Counted from the first letter of the whole stretch, positions 43,742 through 54,817 are shown. The stretch: 63,765 nt of DNA, filler included, from Stramenopiles sp. TOSAG23-3 (GCA_900128585.1; 10 parts of 10 records of this genome joined end to end with filler, not necessarily neighbours in it), one strand, 5' to 3'. Notes: a model not told the origin generated them from the sequence alone. A program made the numbers and translations.

Positions 43742-44192
43742 ACCTTTGCAACAACAACAACAACNNNNNNNNNNNNNNNNNNNNNNNNNNNNNNNNNNNN
43801 NNNNNNNNTTAATTAATTAANNNNNNNNNNNNNNNNNNNNNNNNNNNNNNNNNNNNNNNNNNNNAAGAAGAAGAAGAAGAAGAAGAAGAAGAAGAAGAAG
43901 AAGAAGAAGAAGAAGAAGAGAAGAAGAAGAAGAAGAAGAAGAAGAAGAAAGAAAAGAAAAAGAAGAAGAAAAAGAAAAGAAAGAAGAAGAAAAAAAAGAA
44001 GAAGAATGAATGAGAGACTTGTTTATTTGTTTAATAGGACTATTATACCGAAACATAAATGCGTAATACTATATATACTTCTACGTATACAATTTGTGAA
44101 TTTTATCATTCGATTTCATTCAGGTTTTCTTTACGCCGATTTGTGTGGTACTATATATTGTTTCTTCCTTCTCAAAAAAGGGATCAGTCATT

Positions 44193-46814
44193 ATGGCGTA
44201 CCGTGCGCCGATGGAAGGAAGGGACAACGGTTCCTCGACGGACGAAGATGTGGACAAGTGTCAAGGTTCGGGCGATGAAGAAACGCTTCAAGAGTCTCAG
44301 GAATTTTATTCGGAAAGCTCAGACGCTTCATCGCAGCAACACCTTGCACCCAGGGCGTCCGCGCCGGCGGCCTTTGCGTTTGCTTTGCCGGGGACGACAA
44401 GCAGGCCAACTGGGGAAGGAAACAAGAGAAGGGCCAGCGATGCGGTTTCCAACGGCGAAACACCCAGCAAACGGGCCCGAACCGACGACCCACACTCGTC
44501 CGCACCTGAACCTCTGGCGCCGCAGACCATCTCAGCGAGGCACCCCCCTGCGCTATCAGCGAGTGTCGAGGCTACTGCATCAATCGCGCGCCCGACCGTC
44601 GTTTACGAAGGGGATTCGTCACAGGACAACTCAGCAGCGTTCGACCGTAAAATGGCACGAAGCCTGTCGAACGCATCGGAATCTTCGCAGGTGAGCGAGG
44701 ATGGCACCGATAAGGTCCACATGACAGGACTGTACAGTGTAGAAACGGGAGACTGGAAGGGAACGTGGCACTCGGACGGGCGGGACGAGCTGTCGTCCAA
44801 GTTTCGCTACAAAGCCGGAACGGTCATAGACCACAAGATGCCTTGCAGCATCTGCAACGTTATCGACGACGAAGAAGCACTGTACTGCGATTTGTGCGAC
44901 CGTGGCTTTCACTTTGCCTGTCTAAAGATTCAGGAGGTCCCGAAGGCAAGGCACTGGTACTGCGACGATTGCCAGCCCGTAAAGGACACCTGGGGGTTGA
45001 TGCCATGCTCAAGGCTGTACACGGGAACGTTCGACATGAAAGGCGCGCAGAAGCAAAAGGAACAGTTTTATCTGTCCTTCTCGTATCGCAAGAATCGAAG
45101 TCCTGCGGGCAGTGCTGTGGATGAGAATGCGCCCGTTATTCGGGCGAGCGCAAAGGGGTATGGTCACAATGGATATGGGTCTTTTCTAATGACCGGCTGC
45201 CTGGACGTGTTCGTGAACATCAACGCAGGGCCCTTGAAAGGCCTCCTGTGGAGCCTGAAGCACACCGGTCGAGAAAGGTTCTTCTTCAAGTTGTCGGTAA
45301 CAAAGCAGTACTGCAACGAAGTAGACCCGGCCAAGTTCAATGTTTCCAACTACAGGTCAAGCATGAAGGCCCTGCGAGAGACCCCCCCGCCGCCAATGTC
45401 CTCGACCCAAGGCATTACTTCCCCGTCCTCTCCCGGCGAATCGTATACGAACCTCCGGAGGGAGTCCTTCAACCTTCGGGGAGAAATAGAAAAATTAAAG
45501 CGAGACAAGGATGGTTTGCGGAGAAAGGCAAGGGAAGCCGAGAATCAGAAAGAACTGATGGCTCGGCAGCACGAGCGAGACATGGCACGCTTGGAGCAGA
45601 GCTTGAGATCGGCAAAACAGCGCCTTCGTGAAGCGAATGGGGGAGGGGCTGTGTCACCTTGCCGGGCGAGCGCTGGTAGCGGATCCATGGCGATCAGCAG
45701 TTCCATGATCGCACTGAATTCCAGCCAATGGCAATTCACACGTCCCCGAACACTGATCTTTACTGACGTTGACTGCTACTTTCACATGAACCCTTCCATC
45801 CACTTGGAATCGCAGAGCCGGCTGACGGGAATCTGGGGCGAGCTGAACAAATCCTTCGGGTTTAGACTGGAGTGGATCTCGAACGTGAACCGAGTGAATC
45901 TGCAGACGTTGCTTTTGGCCCATGATCTGGACTACATCCAGCTGCTGTTTGACACGTGCAAGCAATTGAGCACCAACACGCCGAGGAATTTTGTCAAAGC
46001 ACAGCAAAAAGCGTTGACCGCAGGGGCAGTTGGGAAAAGCGACGGGGACACTTACGTCAGTTCCAACGGCGCTGGGAACACGGTGTCTGCCGCGCTGAAA
46101 AGCAGTGGCGCGGTGTGCGACGCAATAGACAAGGTCATGACAAAGGGGCCAGGACGAGACGCATCTTTTTCCAACGCGTTTTGTGTCATTCGGCCGCCTG
46201 GCCACCATGCAGGCAGGTGCGGCGTGCCCTCCGGCGAACTGGGGGGGTGTGGGATGGCTGGGCAAGGATTTTGTATATTAAATAATGTGGCCATTGGCGC
46301 TTTGCATGCTATGTGCCGGCTGAATCTGCGTGTCGCAATTGTGGACATTGATTTGCACGCTGGAAATGGCACACAGGAAATTTTGGAACTGTTTCTTCGA
46401 GACCACGATGAATTTCAAGACAGGGTACTTTTCTCCTCCATCCATTCTGGAAATGTGTTCCCTCAAGTCTCGGACAAGCGCAAGGTACCATCAGGTGTTC
46501 GGGCGGAATGTTTTCAGAATGTTAGCATAATGGGTAAGTGCACGTCAGAAGAGTGGCGGAAACGATTCGCGGTTGGGATTGAGCCCGCATTGCGAAACTT
46601 TCGACCCGAACTAATTATCATATCTGCTGGATTCGACGCGCACAAGCATGATAAGATAAACGATTTTATTGGGTTGGGCAACGAAGATTATTTTTGGGTG
46701 GCCAAGACCGTGGGGAATATTTGCAAAAACATCGTGTCAGTGTTAGAGGGAGGCTACGACCCGTCGTCGCTCCCTGGTGCGGTCTCTGCACACGTCGAGG
46801 GCCTCATAATTTAA
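44193..46814 (+). CDS. PHD finger + coiled coil + Zn-dependent histone deacetylase domain protein
   Basis: PHD CSIC...CDLCDRGFHFACL...WYCDDC; HDAC RPPGHHAG, GFCILNNVA, DIDLHAGNGT, SAGFDA, LEGGY. Confidence 0.92.
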   Translation: MAYRAPMEGRDNGSSTDEDVDKCQGSGDEETLQESQEFYSESSDASSQQHLAPRASAPAAFAFALPGTTSRPTGEGNKRRASDAVSNGETPSKRARTDDPHSSAPEPLAPQTISARHPPALSASVEATASIARPTVVYEGDSSQDNSAAFDRKMARSLSNASESSQVSEDGTDKVHMTGLYSVETGDWKGTWHSDGRDELSSKFRYKAGTVIDHKMPCSICNVIDDEEALYCDLCDRGFHFACLKIQEVPKARHWYCDDCQPVKDTWGLMPCSRLYTGTFDMKGAQKQKEQFYLSFSYRKNRSPAGSAVDENAPVIRASAKGYGHNGYGSFLMTGCLDVFVNINAGPLKGLLWSLKHTGRERFFFKLSVTKQYCNEVDPAKFNVSNYRSSMKALRETPPPPMSSTQGITSPSSPGESYTNLRRESFNLRGEIEKLKRDKDGLRRKAREAENQKELMARQHERDMARLEQSLRSAKQRLREANGGGAVSPCRASAGSGSMAISSSMIALNSSQWQFTRPRTLIFTDVDCYFHMNPSIHLESQSRLTGIWGELNKSFGFRLEWISNVNRVNLQTLLLAHDLDYIQLLFDTCKQLSTNTPRNFVKAQQKALTAGAVGKSDGDTYVSSNGAGNTVSAALKSSGAVCDAIDKVMTKGPGRDASFSNAFCVIRPPGHHAGRCGVPSGELGGCGMAGQGFCILNNVAIGALHAMCRLNLRVAIVDIDLHAGNGTQEILELFLRDHDEFQDRVLFSSIHSGNVFPQVSDKRKVPSGVRAECFQNVSIMGKCTSEEWRKRFAVGIEPALRNFRPELIIISAGFDAHKHDKINDFIGLGNEDYFWVAKTVGNICKNIVSVLEGGYDPSSLPGAVSAHVEGLII

Positions 46815-46880
46815 AAGAAGAGAATTATCTCGAGCTTTAGTTACCAGGAATAAAATATATAGTAGTCAAAGGGTTAAATA

Positions 46881-47031
46881 AAAACAAGAAAATTGGCTGT
46901 TATTTAAGTAATTAAAATTAACAGCCAATTTTCTTGTTATTAATTAAAATTAATGTACTGCGAGAACTGAAATCTAGACTTAGACATCATTCTAGGTTTG
47001 CATTCCTTCATGAACTGCGAACTTATATCTA
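46881..47031. mobile_element. Family A element with internal fold-back and 12-bp flanking direct repeat
   Basis: GTTAAATAAAAA at 46873 and 47032; AACAAGAAAATTGGCTGTTA...TAACAGCCAATTTTCTTGTT hairpin. Confidence 0.75.
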
Positions 47032-47279
47032 GTTAAATAAAAAAACTTTTTTTGATTGCATTTTATTTTTTTTACGAGAAAATAAATTTTAATTATTAAA
47101 CAAGAGAATAATAACAGCCAATTTGTTTTGTTTTTATTTAGGAGATGTGGTGTCGAGAATGAAATAAAAAATTAAATTTTTATCCCAAATGATATGATAG
47201 ACTTACAACTAAAAAAACATTTTTCCTATGATATCTCTCTTTTTCTTATAAGCTTGTTTTGTTTGCACACCACATCAGT

Positions 47280-48365
47280 TTACTGCCCTTCACTTGCCTG
47301 GTCCAGGAATTCTTGGACACACTTTTGTAGTGCAATTGTGATCCCGTTGCTGCTTGCTTTGTGCCCTGCATCAACAAAGTATGCATTTACCAAGCAGGAA
47401 CCGGGTGGGCCCACCGCTTCGAGCCTTTTCTTCAACTGTTGTGCGTAGATCTCGGGGCAGACCTCGTCCCCTTCGCCCTGAACCACCCACGTCTTCACGG
47501 GTTTGTCACCGTAACCATCCTTCAGAGCACTTACCTTTCCTAAAAGATTCAGCGGTTCTTCGAACGTTCCTCGTAAAAACAGCCGGGCCTCAAAAAATGC
47601 TGTAGAAAGCGCTTCTGGGAATATCTCCTCGTCGATTTGGTACGGGTCAAGAAGGTCGGCCGGGTCTTCCTCCATTAGATTGTTTTCAAAGACATAGAAT
47701 CGCCAGGCCGCGTCACGGTCGCCGTTTACAATCATTTTCTCGTACGTCCGTATGAATCGCTCCGAGTCATTGGGAGAAAGCTCTTTCTCACCTTGCTTTT
47801 GAACCTCTGCCGCAGCCAGCTCAAAGAATATGTCAAACTCTTTCAGCCGCCTTTCGTTGTTCAAAAACGATTTTCGTGCGTAAATTGCGTCGAACTCAGC
47901 TTCGGTGTTCAGATAAATACCACGAAGAATAAGGCCCAAGCAAACGGCAGGGAACCGTTCGGCGTAGTCCAACCCCAACGTGCTGCCCCAACTTCCACCA
48001 AAAACAAGCCACCGGGAAATGCCCAAATGGTTTCTTACAATCTCAAAATCCGCCGACATTTGCTCGATGGAGATGTCGAGGTAGGTTTGCACATTCTTCA
48101 CCCCATCCCGCACGGAAGGAAGCGAGGCGCCAGTTCCTCGCTGGTCCACTTCAATTACGTAAAATTTTTCTTTATCAAAAAATTTAGCGTTGATGTTTTT
48201 GTAATCGTCGACACACGCGCCGGGTCCACCATGAACGAATAACACAGGGATACCAGTGGCCTCGTCACCCCAAACCCGAAACCAGAGTTGAACCTTGTCA
48301 GATTTTGACGGAACCTCTACAAAGCTTTCGGTTGCTTCGTTTATTCCTTTAGCCGTTGAACTCAT
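47280..48365 (-). CDS. Proline iminopeptidase (peptidase S33)
   Basis: HGGPG, DQRGTG, VFGGSWGSTL, LILRGI, QGEGDEVCP, DAGH. Confidence 0.92.
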   Translation of the reverse strand: MSSTAKGINEATESFVEVPSKSDKVQLWFRVWGDEATGIPVLFVHGGPGACVDDYKNINAKFFDKEKFYVIEVDQRGTGASLPSVRDGVKNVQTYLDISIEQMSADFEIVRNHLGISRWLVFGGSWGSTLGLDYAERFPAVCLGLILRGIYLNTEAEFDAIYARKSFLNNERRLKEFDIFFELAAAEVQKQGEKELSPNDSERFIRTYEKMIVNGDRDAAWRFYVFENNLMEEDPADLLDPYQIDEEIFPEALSTAFFEARLFLRGTFEEPLNLLGKVSALKDGYGDKPVKTWVVQGEGDEVCPEIYAQQLKKRLEAVGPPGSCLVNAYFVDAGHKASSNGITIALQKCVQEFLDQASEGQ

Positions 48366-48880
48366 TGCACTTGCACAAAAAACTGACTCCAATGCAGTGG
48401 TTGGATGCAAAGGTTACTTGGACGTTGTATTGTGTGGGTAATATGGGAGGGAAATGAACAAGATATGTTGTGATCATCCATTTTTTTGATGTCGTTTAAA
48501 AAAGAAGAGCATTCAGATTCATGTTAGCAATAACAACTGTGTGTACAAACAATTGATGAACAAACAACTAATAATTATTATATTTTTTAGTCGTCTGTCT
48601 ATAATATATAATATTATTATTATTATTTATTATGGAAAAAATAGAAGAAAATATTAAATAAAATAGTCAATAGTCCGTCTAACTAAAACAAAATAATATT
48701 ATACTCGTCTTCTTCTTATTAATATTATTATAATTTTTTACATTTTTTTTAATAATTAATACTGTAAATATAATAGTAGTAAATATAAAAAAATATTTCA
48801 TCATCAAATTAAACGTTCGCGGCGCTGTGCTTTTTTATGAAGTTGGTTTGGCCAGTTGTTTTTTGGTTTTTAAAATTATT

Positions 48881-51800
48881 CTACAGTGTATTAAACTGCA
48901 AAGGTTTTTCCCATTGCGTCTCTTCGGTTTGGGTATTGTAATAGTAGTGTCGCCCAGAGGCTTCGTCGATGAACGTTTCCCACAATTGTTCCTCTGCCGT
49001 TGCGTTTGAATCTTGGCTTGGGATCGTGTCGGGAAGGGAACTGCCCATGGATTTTGTCAAGCTTAGTCGCTCGAGTGGCTCCAATGTTTCATTTGGGGCA
49101 TCCCCCTTGACGGACAACGTGCATTTCCGGCAAGCCCTTGACCCTTCGATCTTCCATTTTGAACACGAATGGCACCGGAGTTCACCGCACACCCTGCAGT
49201 GATGCTTCAGCAATTTAAACGAAAATTTCCTTTTGCAATCTGGGCATCTACTTGTATCTATGCTCTTCATCCTCTTCTTGCTTTGCCCCACAATCGATTT
49301 TCGGTACTGCAACGGGTTCGTGTACACTTTGCTGCCCATGGACTTTTGTTCTGTTATTTCTATGCTCAGGGACCCCATCTTTTCCCCACCTTGTTTTTTC
49401 TCCTTCGACTTCGCCAACTTTCTGCACACCCAGCACAGTTTCAAAAATGTCACCACAAGGTAATCTCGAAAAAAATAGATGCAAAAGAGGAAAAACGAGA
49501 TGTTCATCAGGACGATGAAAATCATAACAGTAAGGCAAAGTCCTTGGCGGAGCCCGCACGGTTGCTGCAGTTCAAAAAATAGTCCTGACCATGCCGTCAA
49601 AAACAGCAGATAAAGGGACACAGAGTCAAACGTTTGTAGCTGCATGGCGTCCGAATCAGAAATATTCTTCACGCCTTTGTACGGCCGGGCAAACATATTC
49701 CCCACAATTGATAGGCTCAAGAACAATAGAACCCAGTGAAGCTCCAGGTCCGAGTATGACAAATAGCTCGTTATGAATGCAATTCCAGCTTTTCTGGAGG
49801 AAATTATTGCACCCCAGTACCATCGCTTCGGAGAATACGCACTGTACAACATGCCGTAGCGAAACCTTGTAATAGAGGTTGATCGTATAATGTGAATCTT
49901 CCGAGACCTGTGCGCAACCCAAAGACCGTACAAGGGCATCCCTACGACGTACAGGACGATCTGCGGGATGGTAAAGAGGAAAATGAACAAAAGGTGCCGT
50001 CCCGTCCAGCATTCTTCTTGCAAATCAGCGACCAAATACGCCGTGTCGTCAAACTTCTTGCAAATCAAAAGACCGAACGCTTGGCGACACAGAGTAGGGT
50101 ATAGAAAGTATGCCCAAAACACAATGGTAGCAACACTCCCATCTTTGTGGCTGGGGGAAAGCCCATTTTCGCCCCGGTATCTAAATTCGCGACCTTGGAG
50201 GCGCGCTGACGCTCTCCACAGGAACTTGATGAGGACAACGAACAGTGGCAAAGCCAAAATATACATTACTTGTTTGTAGTACACCAGCTCTGCAGCTGGG
50301 ATGTGCGTGAGTTCACAATTCGGGCTCAACAAATGCTCCCCTATTGTGCTCATTGACCCTTCGATGTCAAAGAGCACCTTGAGAGGACTTGGCCAAGGTA
50401 CGTTCATGCTAGCAATCATGTAAGAGAGCTGAAAGTAGTTGAATATTATCATTTTTTTCATGCTGCTGACCGTTCTCTTCCCCCCCTTTTTCATGTGGTT
50501 TACGACCATAATGCAGAGGATTGCTACTGCAACCACCGCCCCCAGCGTAATCAGAAGCTTGTTTGCATCCGACGGCGGGCACAAGTAACACTCCAGCTGC
50601 CCACCAATTTCCCGGTGTCGGTAACCTTCTCTGCAGGTACCACAAAGGCGACAGCGGTTGCTAGGCTCACGGTCACACTCTTTCGCGTACCCTTCGGCAA
50701 AATTGCAAGTTTCATTGTGCTCAAAAAGGGAAGGGTCCTTTCCTTGCGGTGTCAAGAACTGGCCTTTGAAGTCGACATTTTTGCCGCCCAAACATGCGGG
50801 GGGAAACGCACAGCGCGAGAAACCACTGGCTTTGTTTTCGAGCCATACCTCGTTTCTCCACCAACCAAAAAGTGGTTTGACATCTTTCCACGTGACGTGC
50901 TTTCCAAGGCAGCTGGCACCTTTCGGGCAGGGCACGCATTTGAAGTTATTGAACTCTCCAGATGTGTTCAAGTACTCACCTACGTAGTCACACTTGTCCG
51001 ACGTTTCCCACGATGGTGTGACGAAGGACCAAGCACTCTTTTTGGACCGGTGCAACGCCCGGACCCGTGCGTAAAGTGGGACCGCTGTTAAAGCGAGGGA
51101 CGCATTTATTGTCACCCCACACTCTCTCGTAAATAAATTCGTCTTCGTAAATAGTTCACTGCCCCCCTTGCCATTTTTAAATGCGTCCTTTTGGACACTC
51201 CATTCAATTTCAAATTCAAATTTCCCGGTAACGTCCCCTGCACACCATTCAAGCCTGGCCTTCTTCCAGCTGCCTCCGTATCTCTTCAGCTTTGGCTGAA
51301 TGTCAACGTTTATTGGTCTTTCTATGTACACGTTCACCTGTTTCTGGAGCCTGTAAACATGGTCATCGCTTTCGAGGCGAAGTTGCAATTGGACCTCATC
51401 TGCTGAGCTGCCAGGCTGAACATAGACGGTTACTTGCTGCGATACATTGTTCCAATTCGTTTCGTCGACTATTACTGGATTTGGAGGGTTTCCCACCAGG
51501 GCCAACGCACCGACCGGGACAAAAGATAGATGTATTCGAACGGGTCGTTGCGGCTGTGAAGAAAACCGAACAATAGACATGCTGGCATTTTCTCCTGAAC
51601 TGACAAAAAGGACTTGGTTTGATGGGTCTAAAACTACGTCGGCACGGTCGTCGTCTGTCACGTCTATAATACCCCAAGGGTTTTCTGAGGGGTCACATAC
51701 TTTCTTAAAGAAGACCGGGTCAGCCCCCTGCTTCACACCAACACAATTATGCAGCACCCGAAAGCGGGAATTTCCGTGGCAAACATTGTCCTTGATCGAG

Positions 51801-53803
51801 TTCAGCTCAATCCGCCGAATTTTGCTAAAATTGGAAGGCCCGAACACAACACGTCCCGGTGATGCGATCATTTCCGGAAACGTGAGATAATTGTGGCTCT
51901 CGGACAGCGTTACATTGGGTTCGATAGTGACGGGAGATTTTGGCGAGGTGGAGAGTTGAAGCCCATACACTAGGCTACCTCCTTCGGGGTTACACAGGGG
52001 CCCAATAAACGGGACAACATAATCAAATACGCCTTTGTCTTTGTTGAAAGTCCACAATTTTAGCTTCGCCTCGTCGTCATTCATCACATTTACAGTAAAT
52101 GTTTGGGAGGGCACGTTTCCGTACTGAGGGTCCTGGGACTTTACAACGTGTGTTATATCACATCGGTACGAAACGGCATTGGTGCCCTCATCAATAGAGT
52201 TTTCGACCGTGCGAATAACTACTTCTTCGACAGCGGTCGCGTTTATCGGAAACACTACCTGCGGGGTTAGAACGAAACAATCGTACCCCTTGTCTTTCGA
52301 TTTGGCAGTAATCTCCACTTTCACAGTGTGCTGGTGCACCACGCCCCCTGAAAGGTAAACGGAATAGGAGAAGTTGCCGCCTTCTTCGACCGATTGGTCC
52401 TCCGCCGGTACCCCCTTTAGTTCCCCCTTTTCGGAAGAATAGCAGAAATCTACAAAGTCACTCTTTGAACCGGCCACGTTTAACTTAACGCTGCGGCAGT
52501 CGTTCAGTTTGGCCGGGTAGTTAAGATCGCATTCAATGCGGCCTTCGCTGCCCCGCACGTTCGAGCAATGACCAGGGCTGCACGTCTCTTCGTTGGCTGA
52601 GCTGTAAACAACGGAAACGGAGACGTTGGCGAGGGTTTCCCAACCCTTGCTGCTCGCAAAATTATTGCCGTACAGTACTAGCCTCCCGCCTCCAGTTGGG
52701 GGACTAGTGATGTTGTCTATTGTGGGCCCGGCGTACGAAAAGTAGACCTCGCTGTTGTAGCTGCGGACGCCATCGACTACAATCTCAGCAAGTTCCCGAT
52801 CCCCTGTCCCCGGGAGAGACGTTGTGCTGACGCACGAAGAGTTATGGCGGACAACACCTGGCCATTCTTTCCCACCTACACGGACGACCACGCTCGAGGA
52901 CTCGTCCCCAAAATGTTGCCCGTAAAAATACGTAGGGACATTTCCTAGCGTTGCCGTTTGGTTTGGTGTCACGTAATTTATCTTTGGGTACGTGCAAGAA
53001 GATTCGACGCCATTGTTATTTTTTTCGTTTCCAAGCTCTGGGGAGCATCCGCACTCGATGCCAACAAAAGAAGGGGAACATGTGCCCTCAGAAAATGGTA
53101 GCTGCTGACATGTTTCCAGACTGTCGCAGCTTTTCACGTAGGTATCGACACCTTGCACACCTCGCACACCTTGCAGTGCATTTGGATCATCCGCGTTACC
53201 AAACTCTGTATTTTCAACGAGCAATGAGTACACCTTAAGGGTGGAATAGTCGGCATGGATGAGATATCCGTTCTCAACTGAAGTTGAGAACGGATATGTG
53301 AAACTATCGAAATTGGTGCCGAAAGCTGATTGTCGAATTTCCACATTTAATTTGTGACTAAAACTTGGCTTGTTAATTTTTAACCCACCATAATAGTTGT
53401 TTTCGAATTTACAGGATGTGATAAAAACATTCACATCATTGAGCTGGCCAGAGGCAGTCTGGCTGACCAATACGCCGCCGTTGCCGAAAGAGCCTGACAA
53501 GTGCAACCATTTCAACCGAAGGGTTCCCCTATTAACTTCAAAGTGCCGTCCGAACCGCGCTGTTACTTTCATTAATCGCCCAGCCCCGTGAACAGTTAGG
53601 TGTTTAACTGTATCTACTGGCAGCTCTACAGTTCTATAGAGTGTGCAGTCTTGCTTCAAAACGTATTCCCCGTCATTTTCCAAATGACGAGAATCGCAGT
53701 TCCACTCCGCCCACGTATTATTCCACGCCGACACTTTTACAAGCGTAAAAAAAGCAACAGCCACGACCAGTGCCCTTTGTCGTGTAGTCCAATGGCGCCC
53801 CAT
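48881..53803 (-). CDS. Large surface membrane protein: signal peptide, IPT/TIG and Ig-like repeats, Cys-rich region, multi-TM domain, cytosolic FYVE-like finger and WW domain
   Basis: PKINYVTP...GQHFG (IPT); CVPCPKGASC; YLVADLQEECW...RYGMLYSAY...WYW TM module; CPDCKRKF...KHHCRVCG; WETFIDEASGRHYYYNTQTEETQWEKP. Confidence 0.85.
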   Translation of the reverse strand: MGRHWTTRQRALVVAVAFFTLVKVSAWNNTWAEWNCDSRHLENDGEYVLKQDCTLYRTVELPVDTVKHLTVHGAGRLMKVTARFGRHFEVNRGTLRLKWLHLSGSFGNGGVLVSQTASGQLNDVNVFITSCKFENNYYGGLKINKPSFSHKLNVEIRQSAFGTNFDSFTYPFSTSVENGYLIHADYSTLKVYSLLVENTEFGNADDPNALQGVRGVQGVDTYVKSCDSLETCQQLPFSEGTCSPSFVGIECGCSPELGNEKNNNGVESSCTYPKINYVTPNQTATLGNVPTYFYGQHFGDESSSVVVRVGGKEWPGVVRHNSSCVSTTSLPGTGDRELAEIVVDGVRSYNSEVYFSYAGPTIDNITSPPTGGGRLVLYGNNFASSKGWETLANVSVSVVYSSANEETCSPGHCSNVRGSEGRIECDLNYPAKLNDCRSVKLNVAGSKSDFVDFCYSSEKGELKGVPAEDQSVEEGGNFSYSVYLSGGVVHQHTVKVEITAKSKDKGYDCFVLTPQVVFPINATAVEEVVIRTVENSIDEGTNAVSYRCDITHVVKSQDPQYGNVPSQTFTVNVMNDDEAKLKLWTFNKDKGVFDYVVPFIGPLCNPEGGSLVYGLQLSTSPKSPVTIEPNVTLSESHNYLTFPEMIASPGRVVFGPSNFSKIRRIELNSIKDNVCHGNSRFRVLHNCVGVKQGADPVFFKKVCDPSENPWGIIDVTDDDRADVVLDPSNQVLFVSSGENASMSIVRFSSQPQRPVRIHLSFVPVGALALVGNPPNPVIVDETNWNNVSQQVTVYVQPGSSADEVQLQLRLESDDHVYRLQKQVNVYIERPINVDIQPKLKRYGGSWKKARLEWCAGDVTGKFEFEIEWSVQKDAFKNGKGGSELFTKTNLFTRECGVTINASLALTAVPLYARVRALHRSKKSAWSFVTPSWETSDKCDYVGEYLNTSGEFNNFKCVPCPKGASCLGKHVTWKDVKPLFGWWRNEVWLENKASGFSRCAFPPACLGGKNVDFKGQFLTPQGKDPSLFEHNETCNFAEGYAKECDREPSNRCRLCGTCREGYRHREIGGQLECYLCPPSDANKLLITLGAVVAVAILCIMVVNHMKKGGKRTVSSMKKMIIFNYFQLSYMIASMNVPWPSPLKVLFDIEGSMSTIGEHLLSPNCELTHIPAAELVYYKQVMYILALPLFVVLIKFLWRASARLQGREFRYRGENGLSPSHKDGSVATIVFWAYFLYPTLCRQAFGLLICKKFDDTAYLVADLQEECWTGRHLLFIFLFTIPQIVLYVVGMPLYGLWVAHRSRKIHIIRSTSITRFRYGMLYSAYSPKRWYWGAIISSRKAGIAFITSYLSYSDLELHWVLLFLSLSIVGNMFARPYKGVKNISDSDAMQLQTFDSVSLYLLFLTAWSGLFFELQQPCGLRQGLCLTVMIFIVLMNISFFLFCIYFFRDYLVVTFLKLCWVCRKLAKSKEKKQGGEKMGSLSIEITEQKSMGSKVYTNPLQYRKSIVGQSKKRMKSIDTSRCPDCKRKFSFKLLKHHCRVCGELRCHSCSKWKIEGSRACRKCTLSVKGDAPNETLEPLERLSLTKSMGSSLPDTIPSQDSNATAEEQLWETFIDEASGRHYYYNTQTEETQWEKPLQFNTL

Positions 53804-54574
53804 CTGGCCTATTTTTTTTGTTTTTTAAAGAGAGAGAACGTAATTGTGTAATCGAAACAGTCAGAAAGATCAATTGCGCTAGATTTATACATACCAATTT
53901 AATTCTGAAAGAGTGAATTATTTTCTTTTGCATTTGTTCATCATAACACAATAAAAAAGATACCTTTTATTGGTAGATCATTTTCGAGACGAGTCAGTCA
54001 GTCAAAGTCAACATCAGCCAACAAAGGGAGCGCGTTGTAGTCAGTGGTGTCGTCGTCTATATTATTTATCCCCACCACCAACCACCACCAATAATCCAAC
54101 AATAATGTTAATATTATTAATATTATGTCACAATATCATCATCTCTAATATACTAGATATTATAATGTAAATTAGTCGTCATCAAATTATAGAGATAAAC
54201 AGATATCATAGAGAAACAAATTATAAAGTAGTATCGGTATGTTTTAAGACTCTCATTTTAAAATAAGAAATGTATGACAGATAGTTTAAACACTCTGATT
54301 TAAATAATTATACTCCTCCTCGTATTGGTAACATACAAGAGCTCAATACGAACTATAAGTAACTAGTCCTAAAGAACACTACTCGAAGACCAGGGCAAAC
54401 CCATGCTGATTAATCAAATTCATCCGAACTGAGCGCGGGGACGATTTTTGGAGGTTCCGAGGAAGTGAGAAAGGAAACGTGAAAATATCGAATGAAGCGC
54501 AATGGTATATAATTACTGTTGTAAGTACGCAGTATTTAAATGCGAAACAAAGTGCCCCCACCCTATCTATCTGT

Positions 54575-54715
54575 TCAGTTCGCCTTCTTCCCTTCACGCT
54601 CCTTTTCCAACTTTGCCAAATGGGCTCGGTACTTCTTGTCGGTGCCGTGAAGGCGATCGAGCCACCCGATGTTCCCGTAGTTCGTGGTAAATTTTTGGTG
54701 GTGAAAATCATGGAA
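54575..54715 (-). CDS. C-terminal fragment of a fatty acid hydroxylase/sterol desaturase family protein (not in the ORF track)
   Basis: Manual translation: FHDFHHQKFTTNYGNIGWLDRLHGTDKKYRAHLAKLEKEREGKKAN*. Confidence 0.8.
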   Translation of the reverse strand, partial: FHDFHHQKFTTNYGNIGWLDRLHGTDKKYRAHLAKLEKEREGKKAN

Positions 54716-54817
54716 GGNNNNNNNNNNNNNNNNNNNNNNNNNNNNNNNNNNNNNNNNNNNNTTAATTAATTAANNNNNNNNNNNNNNNNNNNNNNNNNNN
54801 NNNNNNNNNNNNNNNNN

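Noticed and set aside
54379-54711. 110-aa ORF from the track as the real gene
   Set aside because: Another frame carries the HDFHH...NYG...LDRLHGT hydroxylase signature.
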